Notes: generated by a model from the sequence alone, not told the origin. 64,000 nucleotides of DNA from an uncultured Candidatus Saccharibacteria bacterium (GCA_946406645.1 CAMJLD010000002.1:6974-70973); one strand, 5' to 3'. Shown: positions 1-8,407, counted from the first letter of the stretch. Program-made: numbers and translations.

Positions 1-383
1 AGCGCGTCGCCGCGTTTAAAACTATGGGCTGCGGTGTCTTCGTTCTGAACTTTAATCCAAATGTGACCCTCGTTGTCGGGGTTATTATAATAGTCCGAGT
101 CGATTACGCCGACTTGGTTACAGAGGCGGATGTTGTATTTGAAGCCAGTTTTGCTGCGATCGATAATCAGGAGAGCCTCATCCGTTTGAAAGTGGGCCTT
201 GAGGCCAGTAGGGAGCTTGGCAGTCTCGCCTGGTTCGAGGGTGAGATCGAATAGAAGAGGGAAGTCGTAACCGGCGGACGCAATGGAGTCACGGTGCGGA
301 ATGGTTAGACTATCGTAGAGGTCGCGATCGTCGGCGACGTCTTTTTTGAATTGCTCAAAGCTAATCTTTTCGAAATCTCTCAT
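1..383 (-). CDS. dut: dUTP diphosphatase (dUTPase), C-terminus cut by window edge
   Basis: Own translation of minus strand from ATG at 383-381: MRDFEKISFEQFKKDVADDRDLYDSLTIPHRDSIASAGYDFPL...DRSKTGFKYNIRLCNQVGVIDSDYYNNPDNEGHIWIKVQNE. It has the GVIDxDY motif of trimeric dUTPases. It is absent from the ORF track because it runs off position 1. Confidence 0.7.
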   Translation of the reverse strand, partial: MRDFEKISFEQFKKDVADDRDLYDSLTIPHRDSIASAGYDFPLLFDLTLEPGETAKLPTGLKAHFQTDEALLIIDRSKTGFKYNIRLCNQVGVIDSDYYNNPDNEGHIWIKVQNEDTAAHSFKRGDA

Positions 384-443
384 AAGATAATTATACCAAC
401 AAAATATCTCCCCGGTTAGGAGGAGATATTTTTCTCAAGTTAA

Positions 444-785
444 TTACTTGACGCTTTCGCAGATAGCGGTGAAGGCTTTTGGATCGTTGACGGCGAGGTC
501 AGCGAGGACCTTGCGATCGAGTTCGATACCTTTATTCTTCATGCCGTTGATCAACTTGCTGTAGCTGATACCGTTGTCGCGGGCCGCATTATTGATGCGG
601 GTGATCCAAAGAGCGCGAAGATCGCGTTTCTTATTGCGGCGATCACGGTAGGAATAGCGCAATGACTTGATGACACCTTGCTTCGCGAGGCGGAAGCTAC
701 GGGTGCGGTAGTGCTGCATACCTTTGGCAGCAGCGAGAATCTTTTTGTGCTTTGCGCGAGCAGCAACTCCACGTTTAACTCTCAT
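444..785 (-). CDS. rplT: 50S ribosomal protein L20
   Basis: 113 aa, [17 protein letters not shown]...[23 protein letters not shown]. Typical L20 sequence in the infC-rpmI-rplT gene order. Confidence 0.95.
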   Translation of the reverse strand: MRVKRGVAARAKHKKILAAAKGMQHYRTRSFRLAKQGVIKSLRYSYRDRRNKKRDLRALWITRINNAARDNGISYSKLINGMKNKGIELDRKVLADLAVNDPKAFTAICESVK

Positions 786-787
786 GA

Positions 788-982
788 TTAAGCTCCCAAT
801 GCAGTTTTAACGTTTTTAGCAATTTTGCCCTTGACGGTGCCAGGGGTCTTCATATTGCGCTTGCGCGCCTTGGACTTCTTAGCCAAGATATGGTTGCCGA
901 AAGCACGTTCACGCATAATCTTACCAGTCTTGGTAATGCGAACACGCTTAGCGGTACCCTTATGGGTTTTAAGTTTTGGCAT
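788..982 (-). CDS. rpmI: 50S ribosomal protein L35
   Basis: 64 aa, [37 protein letters not shown]. Typical L35, lying 2 nt upstream of rplT. Confidence 0.95.
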   Translation of the reverse strand: MPKLKTHKGTAKRVRITKTGKIMRERAFGNHILAKKSKARKRNMKTPGTVKGKIAKNVKTALGA

Positions 983-1057
983 GTTATACCTTTCCTACTT
1001 TAGTTAATATTTAAGACGCTTTGGGGTGTAGGGAACCGGTGGGCGTCTGTGCAGCCT

Positions 1058-1588
1058 CTACTTATGGCGAACCGTAAAGCTGAGGTTGCGTCCGGCCATC
1101 TGGGCTTTGCCATCGACAACAACGTCGGAGCCAAGCTTTTCGATGATGCGATTCATCAATTCATCACCGATCTCCTTGTGCGCCATTTCGCGGCCACGGA
1201 AAACGATCATGATCTTGACGCGATCGCCGTCCTCGAGTAATTCGAGGGTCTTGCGGACTTTAATATTGAGGTCATTCTCCCCAATCTTCAAACCGAGTCT
1301 AATCTGCTTGAGTTCGCTGCTCTTGGCGTTCTTCTTTGCGCGAGATTGTTCCTTCATCTTTTGGTACTGATATTTGCCCCAATCGATGATTTTAACAACT
1401 GGTGGATTGGCGTTAGGGGAAATCTCCACTAAATCCAAACCTGCGTCGCGAGCCTTGAGCTGCGCATCGCGGCTAGACATAATGCCTAACTGCGCTCCAT
1501 CAGCACTTATAACGCGTACCTCGGGATAACGGATGTCTCCGTTGATGCGGGTACGAGATGTAGGATTACTGATAGTTTTGCTCCTCAA
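1058..1588 (-). CDS. infC: translation initiation factor IF-3 (start uncertain: TTG 1588 or ATC 1573)
   Basis: RINGDIRYPEVRVISADGAQLGIMSSRDAQLKARDAGLDLVEISPNANPPVVKIIDWGKYQYQ is an IF-3 N-domain/linker. The operon order is infC-rpmI-rplT. Confidence 0.9.
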   Translation of the reverse strand: MRSKTISNPTSRTRINGDIRYPEVRVISADGAQLGIMSSRDAQLKARDAGLDLVEISPNANPPVVKIIDWGKYQYQKMKEQSRAKKNAKSSELKQIRLGLKIGENDLNIKVRKTLELLEDGDRVKIMIVFRGREMAHKEIGDELMNRIIEKLGSDVVVDGKAQMAGRNLSFTVRHK

Positions 1589-1644
1589 AAATTAGACTTG
1601 TTATGGGGTAGATTATATCAAAGGGGGTGAAAAAATGCAAGCGG

Positions 1645-3174
1645 TTATTCCAGATTTGGCCCGATATCGCGAAATTGGAGGGCCTCGAGGACGTGGGCGG
1701 CTTCGATGCGGCTCGATTTGTTGAGGTCAGCGATGGTACGAGCGACCTTCACTAGCTTGAAATAACTGCGCGCGGAAAGACCTAAGCGCCTAGCGGCATC
1801 TTCGAGAATTTGATCTGCCTCCCCGGTTCGTTCGCAGAACAAGGTTGTTTCGTAGGAGCTAAGCGAGCCGTTCTGTTTGCCTTGGCGGCGTTGTTGAAGT
1901 TTGGCGGTGGCGGCAATTTGGCGTTTAGCACTAGCATGTTCGTGAGTGCTAATTGTTGTATTTTTTACTAAAACAGAGCTATCGACATGCGGCATGCGAA
2001 CCGTCATATCTATACGGTCGAGTAGCGGGCCGGATAGCCGGCGGAGATAATTGACGCGCTGTGTTGGGTTACATTTGCATTCGTGTCGCTCGTCGCCATA
2101 GTAGCCGCAAGGGCAGGGATTCATGGTGGCGATCAGCATGAAGTTCGCGGGGAAGCTAATGCGCTGCTTGGCGCGTGAAATTGTGATGGTGCGGTTTTCG
2201 AGCGGCTGGCGGAGAGCTTCAAGTAAATCGCGACGGAATTCGGGCAGCTCGTCGAGATATAGGACGCCGGTATGGGCGAGTGAAATTTCGCCCGGGAGGC
2301 CACTGCTGTCGCCAACTAACGCTGCCAGTGAGGCGCTATGGTGCGGCGCACGGAATGGGCGCTCGGCGAGTATAGATGATAGGTCGCTGACGAGTGAATG
2401 GAGCTTGGTGGCCTCGATTGATTCTTGGCGGTTGGGTGGTGGAAGCAGGCTCGGAGCGCAGGATGCGAGGAGGCTTTTGCCTGAGCCGGGAGGGCCGTAG
2501 AGCAGGAGATTGTGATGGCCGGCCAGAGCAATCGTGAGGGCGCGCTTTGCTGGCTCCTGACCAATAATTTGATCAAGAAAAGCACAAGCGTTATCTTTAT
2601 GTGTATTTTTTACAACAGTTATTTCTGACTTGTTTGGGGCGATAGGGGATTGAACAATTCCTTTAAGCGTAAGCACGAGTTCTTGAAGGGTATTTACAGG
2701 GGTGATGGATAAGTTTTTTAGACGCAGATAGCGCACTTGCGTAGCGTTCGGGGTAGGCAAATAGAGGTGGCGAATGCCGCGTTTTGCTGCGCATTCGGCT
2801 ACGTTAATAATGCCTCTCACGGGCCTTAAATGGCCGTCTAAGGCCAGTTCGCCCACGAACATGGAATTCGCTATGTCGCTAGCTAAAAGCTGTCCTGTGA
2901 GTGCTAGAATGTTGACGGCGATGGCGAGATCGAGGTAGTTCCCGGACTTCTGGAGACTGGCTGGAGCCAGGTTGATAGTGAGCTTATCTTTCGGAAAGTA
3001 AAGCTTGGAATTATGGATGGCGGCTCGGATGCGTTCGCGACTTTCGTCGATGGTCCTGCTCGCGAGACCGACGATCTGGAAGCTGCTAAGCCCCTTGGTG
3101 AGGCAACCCTCAACGGCTACGAACTCTGCGCCGAAGCCTTTTGGTATGGATGAATAAGTTTTCGGTGTTTTCAT
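1645..3174 (-). CDS. comM: YifB/ComM family Mg-chelatase-like AAA+ ATPase
   Basis: 509 aa. N-terminal Lon-protease-like domain, Walker A GPPGSGKS, and a C-terminal Mg-chelatase subunit ChlI-like region (PCPCGYYGD...C.C). Confidence 0.85.
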   Translation of the reverse strand: MKTPKTYSSIPKGFGAEFVAVEGCLTKGLSSFQIVGLASRTIDESRERIRAAIHNSKLYFPKDKLTINLAPASLQKSGNYLDLAIAVNILALTGQLLASDIANSMFVGELALDGHLRPVRGIINVAECAAKRGIRHLYLPTPNATQVRYLRLKNLSITPVNTLQELVLTLKGIVQSPIAPNKSEITVVKNTHKDNACAFLDQIIGQEPAKRALTIALAGHHNLLLYGPPGSGKSLLASCAPSLLPPPNRQESIEATKLHSLVSDLSSILAERPFRAPHHSASLAALVGDSSGLPGEISLAHTGVLYLDELPEFRRDLLEALRQPLENRTITISRAKQRISFPANFMLIATMNPCPCGYYGDERHECKCNPTQRVNYLRRLSGPLLDRIDMTVRMPHVDSSVLVKNTTISTHEHASAKRQIAATAKLQQRRQGKQNGSLSSYETTLFCERTGEADQILEDAARRLGLSARSYFKLVKVARTIADLNKSSRIEAAHVLEALQFRDIGPNLE

Positions 3175-3198
3175 CCCTGGAGTGTAGCGTGCCTTATC

Positions 3199-3227
3199 TT
3201 GAAAGAGAAGCGTAAGTATGATAAAAT
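3199..3227 (+). promoter_or_regulatory. sigma70-type promoter of tmRNA
   Basis: TTGAAA (3199-3204), 17-nt spacer, TGa-TAAAAT (-10 at 3222-3227). It lies 13 nt before the mature tmRNA 5' end. Confidence 0.55.
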
Positions 3228-3240
3228 CTCTGTTAGGTCT

Positions 3241-3608
3241 GGGGCTGACAAAGCTTAGACGGATTATTGACAGTATGCAGGCGAGTCGAGTTGTACCGTA
3301 AGTACTCTAGTAAATGCAGACAAAACTGCTAGTAAGCACTTGGCATACGTGCCAGCTTACGCCTAAGATCTTAACTTATTAGATCTTGTCGAGTCACTCG
3401 AGATACCATAGCGTGATTTCGGTATTATACACTTTGGTATGAAGGCTGACCTCCTGGCAGGGGTTAGCACGAAAATTTAGCCATGGCGTGTGCGGGTTTT
3501 GTTTATTCCAGCCCCACTTTAAGCCAAGATTAAAAGAATAGACTATGCTCGTAGAATGTGTACATGGAGATTTTTCGGACCCGGAGGCAGTATCCGGCAG
3601 CTCCACCA
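3241..3608 (+). ncRNA. ssrA: tmRNA (SsrA)
   Basis: - 5' GGGGCUG (3241-3247) pairs with CAGCUCC (3598-3604), including a G3:U wobble, followed by ACCA (3605-3608).
- GGAC precedes a T-arm CCGGA/UCCGG (3581-3597).
- An internal tag frame runs from GCA at 3316 to GCC-TAA at 3361-3366 and encodes ADKTASKHLAYVPAYA*. Confidence 0.85.
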
Positions 3609-3627
3609 TTAGTTTTGAAAAGAGAAA

Positions 3628-3658
3628 ACACCCCCTCGGGTCAAGAGAGGGTGTTTTT
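3628..3658 (+). terminator. Rho-independent terminator after tmRNA
   Basis: ACACCCCCTC / GAGAGGGTGT stem (one mismatch), loop GGGTCAA, then TTTTT. Confidence 0.6.
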
Positions 3659-4153
3659 GTTTGTTTTTAACTCCACACTGTGGGCAGATTTGGGTCAGTA
3701 TAAAAAAAGGAAAAAGGACCGGCAACTGCGAGTAAAACCGATCCTTTTTCAAGTGGAGTGTGGAGTTATATTTTGGAATCGATTTTTGTTTTTGGCCTTT
3801 GCGCAAAGTTTTTACTCAAAAGCTACCTCTATAATAAGCCCCCGATAATGCTAATGTCAATAAAATAAGTGTTGTAATATATACAACGTTTGTGTGCAAA
3901 ATGCGAGCATGCTGTGGACGAAAATACAACACGAAAATGAGCAAATAATAAAAACAACACGATTGCGAAAATGAACACGGAAAAATTGCTGGCGGCATAC
4001 GATTTTTGTCGCACTGAACACGGTCGGGCGGGACCTGAAGGGCCTAAAACGAGCATGTTGTTGTATATATTACAACAAATGAACAAATCGGTTTATATCT
4101 GTTAGGGCACGTATTGTTGTAAAAATAACTACAAAAATTGAACACGAATATTA

Positions 4154-4182
4154 TTGACTTTTTGAGCCTGGTCTGCTATAGT
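4154..4182 (+). promoter_or_regulatory. near-consensus orphan promoter (no CDS for about 430 nt downstream)
   Basis: TTGACT (4154-4159), 17-nt spacer, TGc-TATAGT (-10 at 4177-4182). Confidence 0.5.
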
Positions 4183-4620
4183 GAAGCTATGCTTGAACAG
4201 AAATAAAAACAAGCAAAACAAACATCAACAATTTGGGTTCGGAGGTATATTTGGCGTAGTAATAGCTTATTTCTAGCCATAAATTACAACTCTAGGAGTA
4301 AGCTAACAGCTCCGCCAAAGCTTAACGAGAGTTAAGGAGCGTAGAGCGCGTAAAGGGCAAAGTAGTACTAGCACATTGATACCCACTAAACAGAGTATTA
4401 CAAAAAGCACTTTGCAAGGACGATGCCTCTCTATACGAGAGGCGGTCAATGAAGCTAATAGGTAGATCTAAAGGTTGCGGCTTTAAGTAATGTATATATT
4501 TGCCGGATAACCCTCTCTACCTTTAGCTTTTAGGAACGAACATCTTGTGAGGGGGCGAGGCTAGAATGGAGTCTCAGAATTAGTCGTGAGTGGTGCAGAA
4601 GCGCATGATATAATGGGCTT

Positions 4621-4986
4621 ATGCATAAATTACTGCTAATTGTGAGTGCTGTCGCATTCGTTATTCTGATGGCCATGATGTTCCTAACATCACCGAGTGA
4701 AGTAGGACCGGTAGGTGTTTTAGTATTTTTTACAATGTCCTACTTGTTCTTCTTAGGGCTTGCAGTACTATGCTGCAGGCTGTTTTTTTGGCTTCGCTAC
4801 AAGCTCAACAAAGCGAAGGCGGGGAATATCGAGAAGAAGAGTTTGCGCTACGGGCTCGTGATTGCGATCGCCCCAGTCACGCTCATCTTGGCATGGTCAT
4901 TCGGCGGTATCACGATTGCCGAGGTGGCATTAATTTTGGGACTTGAAATACTTTTGTGCTTTTTGACGTCACGTAATGTGATATAA
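4621..4986 (+). CDS. small integral membrane protein (about 4 TM), unknown function
   Basis: 121 aa with hydrophobic segments (LLLIVSAVAFVILMAMMFL, VGVLVFFTMSYLFFLGLAVLCC, and others). It is the first gene of a tightly spaced 3-gene operon. Confidence 0.6.
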   Translation: MHKLLLIVSAVAFVILMAMMFLTSPSEVGPVGVLVFFTMSYLFFLGLAVLCCRLFFWLRYKLNKAKAGNIEKKSLRYGLVIAIAPVTLILAWSFGGITIAEVALILGLEILLCFLTSRNVI

Positions 4987-4988
4987 TA

Positions 4989-5474
4989 ATGCTTATGGAT
5001 AATAAGGGAGGTTCTAGCGCCGCTATTAGTGGTGGCTCTGGCGAGAACACCGGCTTTTTGAATGCTCCCGAGAGTCTAATGGGGGGAGTTGAAAATATTG
5101 AAGCGGCGTTCAATGCTGAACAGGTGCCGCGCGCAGAGGTGACGGAGCTGCCGGTTGCGGATATTGCTGAGGCTGCGCCGAGTGCCGAGCGCGCCGAGAT
5201 GGCCGAAGCGGCGGTTGAATCAAAAGAGATGGCATCGCCGGCCGAGCAGGATATTCAGGAATTCAGGGATCTTACCAGCCACTATACTAAGCCTAATGAG
5301 GATGATATCGATAGTCATGTTGCGAGCAAATTCAATAGCGACATGAAGAAGTATGAGGATGATCCATATCAGAAGTCGAAAGCGTTTTTCGGCGATGGTT
5401 GGGCGTACAAGAAAGCAGCATTCCATAGAGGCGTGGGTGATGGCCTAAACGGCACGGGGGAAACAGCGGCATGA
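4989..5474 (+). CDS. hypothetical acidic, Ala/Glu-rich protein
   Basis: 161 aa. It starts 2 nt after the previous stop, and its stop overlaps the next ATG (ATGA at 5471-5474). No family recognised. Confidence 0.55.
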   Translation: MLMDNKGGSSAAISGGSGENTGFLNAPESLMGGVENIEAAFNAEQVPRAEVTELPVADIAEAAPSAERAEMAEAAVESKEMASPAEQDIQEFRDLTSHYTKPNEDDIDSHVASKFNSDMKKYEDDPYQKSKAFFGDGWAYKKAAFHRGVGDGLNGTGETAA

Positions 5475-8407
5475 CATTCGAAGGGGTGGTGACAATTGTG
5501 GTGGTGGCAGTTGTAATAATCGTAGCCGCTATCGTTGCCTGGAAACTGTATGTGAACTCTAGGAGGACGCGCAAGAATTACGCGCGCTCTTTAAAGCTAG
5601 TTCCGATGCTAATTCATTTACCGCCGAGCACAGATGATGTTCAGATTGGCGGGCGTGATGAGCGCGACGTGATTGGCGAGCAGATTTCTGAGGCGCAGAT
5701 GATGTATAGTATCATCGCGTCGACGGTAAAGAAAGGCTGGAAGTCGAAGATTGAGGGGCAGAAGCATCTGAGTTTCGAGATTATCGCGCACGACGGTATT
5801 ATTAAATATTACGCGGTGGTGCCAGCGGTACTCACAGAGACGGTAAAGCAGGCGGTGACGGCATCGTATCCAACGGCGCGCCTCGAGGAAGTCGATGAGA
5901 TTAACTTCTTTAGTAAGGAAGGAAAGATTGATGGCGTGTCGGGTGGCGAATTGAGGCTCAAGGATGAGTTCCATCTGCCAATTGCGAGCTATGAGGATAC
6001 GAGGCGCGATGCAAGTATTGGCATTATTAACGCTCTATCGAATGCAAAGAAGGGTGATGGCATTGGCATTCAGGTTTTGTTCCGCCCGACGGACGGCAAC
6101 TGGGCGAAGGTTGCGCAAATGAAAGCGGACGAAATCAAGGAAGGCAAAAAATCCAAAAAGTCGGCAGCTACTGGCGCGTTGAACAAATTAGTTGTAGGCG
6201 CGGGTAATTTAGTTGGAGACCTTGCCGAGGCGCTTTGGAAACCGCCAGAGATGCATGAAAAAGACAAGGACGAGAAAGAACAGCATCAGCTTTCAAATTT
6301 GGACCAGGAGAAGATTCAGCGCATCGAAGAAAAGACGAAGCACCCAGGTTTCGAGGTGCTCATCCGTGTTGTGGCAAGCTCTGCGACGCGCGCAAGGGCA
6401 GAGGCTTTACTCGGTGGTGTCGTGTCGGTTTTCTCGCAGTTTGATTTGCCGCAGTACAACGGTTTTAAATATGATTTCTTGAATAATACGAGAGAATTGA
6501 CGCATAACTTCATCTTGCGCTGGTTCCCACAAGAGAGTAAGAGCATGATACTCAATAGTATGGAGCTTGCGAGTATCTTCCACTTGCCGAGCCAGAATGC
6601 GATTCCGACTAGCCAGGTTGAGCGCCAGGCGGTTAAGCAGGTTGATGGTCCGACGAAGATTCCAGAAGAGGGCGTGATTCTTGGCGTAAACGAGTTCCGT
6701 GGCGAGCAGAAGACGATTCGCCTTCAGACGAACGACCGTCGCCGCCATACGTACGCAATCGGTGCTACGGGTTCTGGTAAATCCGTGCTTCTCGAGAATA
6801 TTGCCTATCAGGATATGTGCGATGGGCGCGGTTTCTGTTTTATTGACCCGCACGGTGACGCGGTAGAGTGGTTGCTCAGTCGCGTGCCACAGGAGCGCAT
6901 GGATGATGTGATTCTGTTTGAGCCAGGTAGTATGGATAATCCGGTCGGTATGAATATGTTCGAGTTTGACCGCGAGGATCAGAAGGACTTCATCGTTCAG
7001 GAGGCAATCAATATGCTTGTCTCGCTCTATGACCCGGGTCAGCAGGGTATGTTTGGCGCAAGAGCTCAGCATATGTTCCGCAACGCGGCGCTCCTTCTCA
7101 TGAGCGATCCGAATGGCAGCACATTCATCGATGTGCCACGCTGTTTTATCGATCCGGAATTTGTGAAGTCGAAGCTGAAATATGTGACAGACAGAAACGT
7201 CTTTGATTATTGGACGAAGGAGTTCCCGGCGTCGCAGAAGTCGAGCGAATCTGGCGATGTGACGAGCTGGTTCGTCTCGAAGTGGGGCCCATTCCTGTCG
7301 AACAAGATGATGTGTAATATTCTTGGTCAGGTGAAGTCTGGCTTCAACCTGCGTGAGATTATGGATAACAAGAAGATTCTCCTCGTGAACCTCTCGAAGG
7401 GTACTACTGGTGAGCTAAACGCGAAGCTGCTTGGTATGATTTTCGTGATGAAGTTCCAGGCGGCGGCAATGAGCCGCGCAGATACGGCAGAGGATGATCG
7501 CGTGGACTTCTGTCTGTTCGTGGACGAGTTCCAGAACTTCGCGACAGAGAGCTTTGAGTCGATCCTATCTGAGGCCCGTAAGTATCGCTTGAACCTCTTC
7601 CTCGCCAACCAGTTCATGACGCAGCTGACGGATAAGATTCGCGAGGCGATTATCGGTAACGTCGGTACGATCATGTGCGGCCGTATTGGCGTGACGGATG
7701 CTGAGCTCATGGAGAAGGCCTTTACGCCGGTGTTTAATGCCGAGGATCTCCATAAGCAGCCGAACTATAACTGGATTGCGACGGTGATGATGTTTAATAC
7801 GCCGACGGCGCCATTTACGATGCGCACTTTGCCACCGATGGGCGAGGGTAGTACAGAGATTATGCAGAGGATGCGCGCCTATGTCCTTACGAAGTATGGA
7901 CGTCCGCGTGCAGAGGTGGAGGCGGAGATTGAGGCGCGCTTGGCGGCTTCGATTGGGCCAAAGAAGGAACTTGATGATGGGGCTTCGAGCCAGTCTTCGG
8001 CCGCGATGAAGAAGAACTTCCTTGATTCCTGGCTAGAGAAGAAGGCGTCGATAGAGAAGCAGTCGAAAGCGAATGCGGGTGCCGATCCGACCCCGATTAC
8101 CGTTCCGAAAGCTTCGGTGGCGCCGGCGGCCAAGATGGTTGAGGAGACGCCACGCGACGAGGCGCTATCTCTAGTAGATAATAAGAATTCGCTCGATTCG
8201 CTAGATACGAAGATGGTTGAATCTGGTTTATTGTCGTCGACGCCGGTAAATAAACCTGCTCCAGCGGCTGCCCCAACTCCGGCCGCCCCTGTGGCGGAGG
8301 CCGCTACTCCTGCGGCTACTGAGGCGCCGGCCAAACCAGCAGAAGATAATGGTGGCATTAGAACAGAAAAGAACAACGCGGACGAAGTAGTATTGCGTTG
8401 GCGCTAA
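5471..8407 (+). CDS. membrane-anchored P-loop NTPase of the TraG/VirD4/TrwB-HerA (type IV coupling-protein-like) class
   Basis: - 978 aa with an N-terminal TM segment (VVTIVVVAVVIIVAAIVAW).
- Walker A: HTYAIGATGSGKSVLLENIAYQD...FIDPHGDA.
- Walker B-like: FCLFVDEFQNF.
- ARKYRLNLFLANQ motif.
- Ala/Pro-rich low-complexity C-terminus. Confidence 0.65.
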   Translation: MTFEGVVTIVVVAVVIIVAAIVAWKLYVNSRRTRKNYARSLKLVPMLIHLPPSTDDVQIGGRDERDVIGEQISEAQMMYSIIASTVKKGWKSKIEGQKHLSFEIIAHDGIIKYYAVVPAVLTETVKQAVTASYPTARLEEVDEINFFSKEGKIDGVSGGELRLKDEFHLPIASYEDTRRDASIGIINALSNAKKGDGIGIQVLFRPTDGNWAKVAQMKADEIKEGKKSKKSAATGALNKLVVGAGNLVGDLAEALWKPPEMHEKDKDEKEQHQLSNLDQEKIQRIEEKTKHPGFEVLIRVVASSATRARAEALLGGVVSVFSQFDLPQYNGFKYDFLNNTRELTHNFILRWFPQESKSMILNSMELASIFHLPSQNAIPTSQVERQAVKQVDGPTKIPEEGVILGVNEFRGEQKTIRLQTNDRRRHTYAIGATGSGKSVLLENIAYQDMCDGRGFCFIDPHGDAVEWLLSRVPQERMDDVILFEPGSMDNPVGMNMFEFDREDQKDFIVQEAINMLVSLYDPGQQGMFGARAQHMFRNAALLLMSDPNGSTFIDVPRCFIDPEFVKSKLKYVTDRNVFDYWTKEFPASQKSSESGDVTSWFVSKWGPFLSNKMMCNILGQVKSGFNLREIMDNKKILLVNLSKGTTGELNAKLLGMIFVMKFQAAAMSRADTAEDDRVDFCLFVDEFQNFATESFESILSEARKYRLNLFLANQFMTQLTDKIREAIIGNVGTIMCGRIGVTDAELMEKAFTPVFNAEDLHKQPNYNWIATVMMFNTPTAPFTMRTLPPMGEGSTEIMQRMRAYVLTKYGRPRAEVEAEIEARLAASIGPKKELDDGASSQSSAAMKKNFLDSWLEKKASIEKQSKANAGADPTPITVPKASVAPAAKMVEETPRDEALSLVDNKNSLDSLDTKMVESGLLSSTPVNKPAPAAAPTPAAPVAEAATPAATEAPAKPAEDNGGIRTEKNNADEVVLRWR

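Noticed and set aside
3668-3769. DnaA boxes as proof of oriC.
   Set aside because: By eye I found only partial matches (TCCACA in the inverted repeat, TGTGGACGA at 3914, TGTGGAAAA at 16969) and no perfect TTATCCACA anywhere in the window. dnaA and dnaN are also absent. The origin idea is therefore kept only as a hypothesis within the findings.
4189-4605. RNase P RNA (rnpB) as the identity of the promoter-driven non-coding stretch.
   Set aside because: The size and context are suggestive, and there are loose resemblances (AGGGCA, ACAGAG, GCGGCUUUAAG). However, the universally conserved GAGGAAAGUCC (P4 5' strand) and the contiguous ACAGAAnCCGGCUUA element are absent on both strands.
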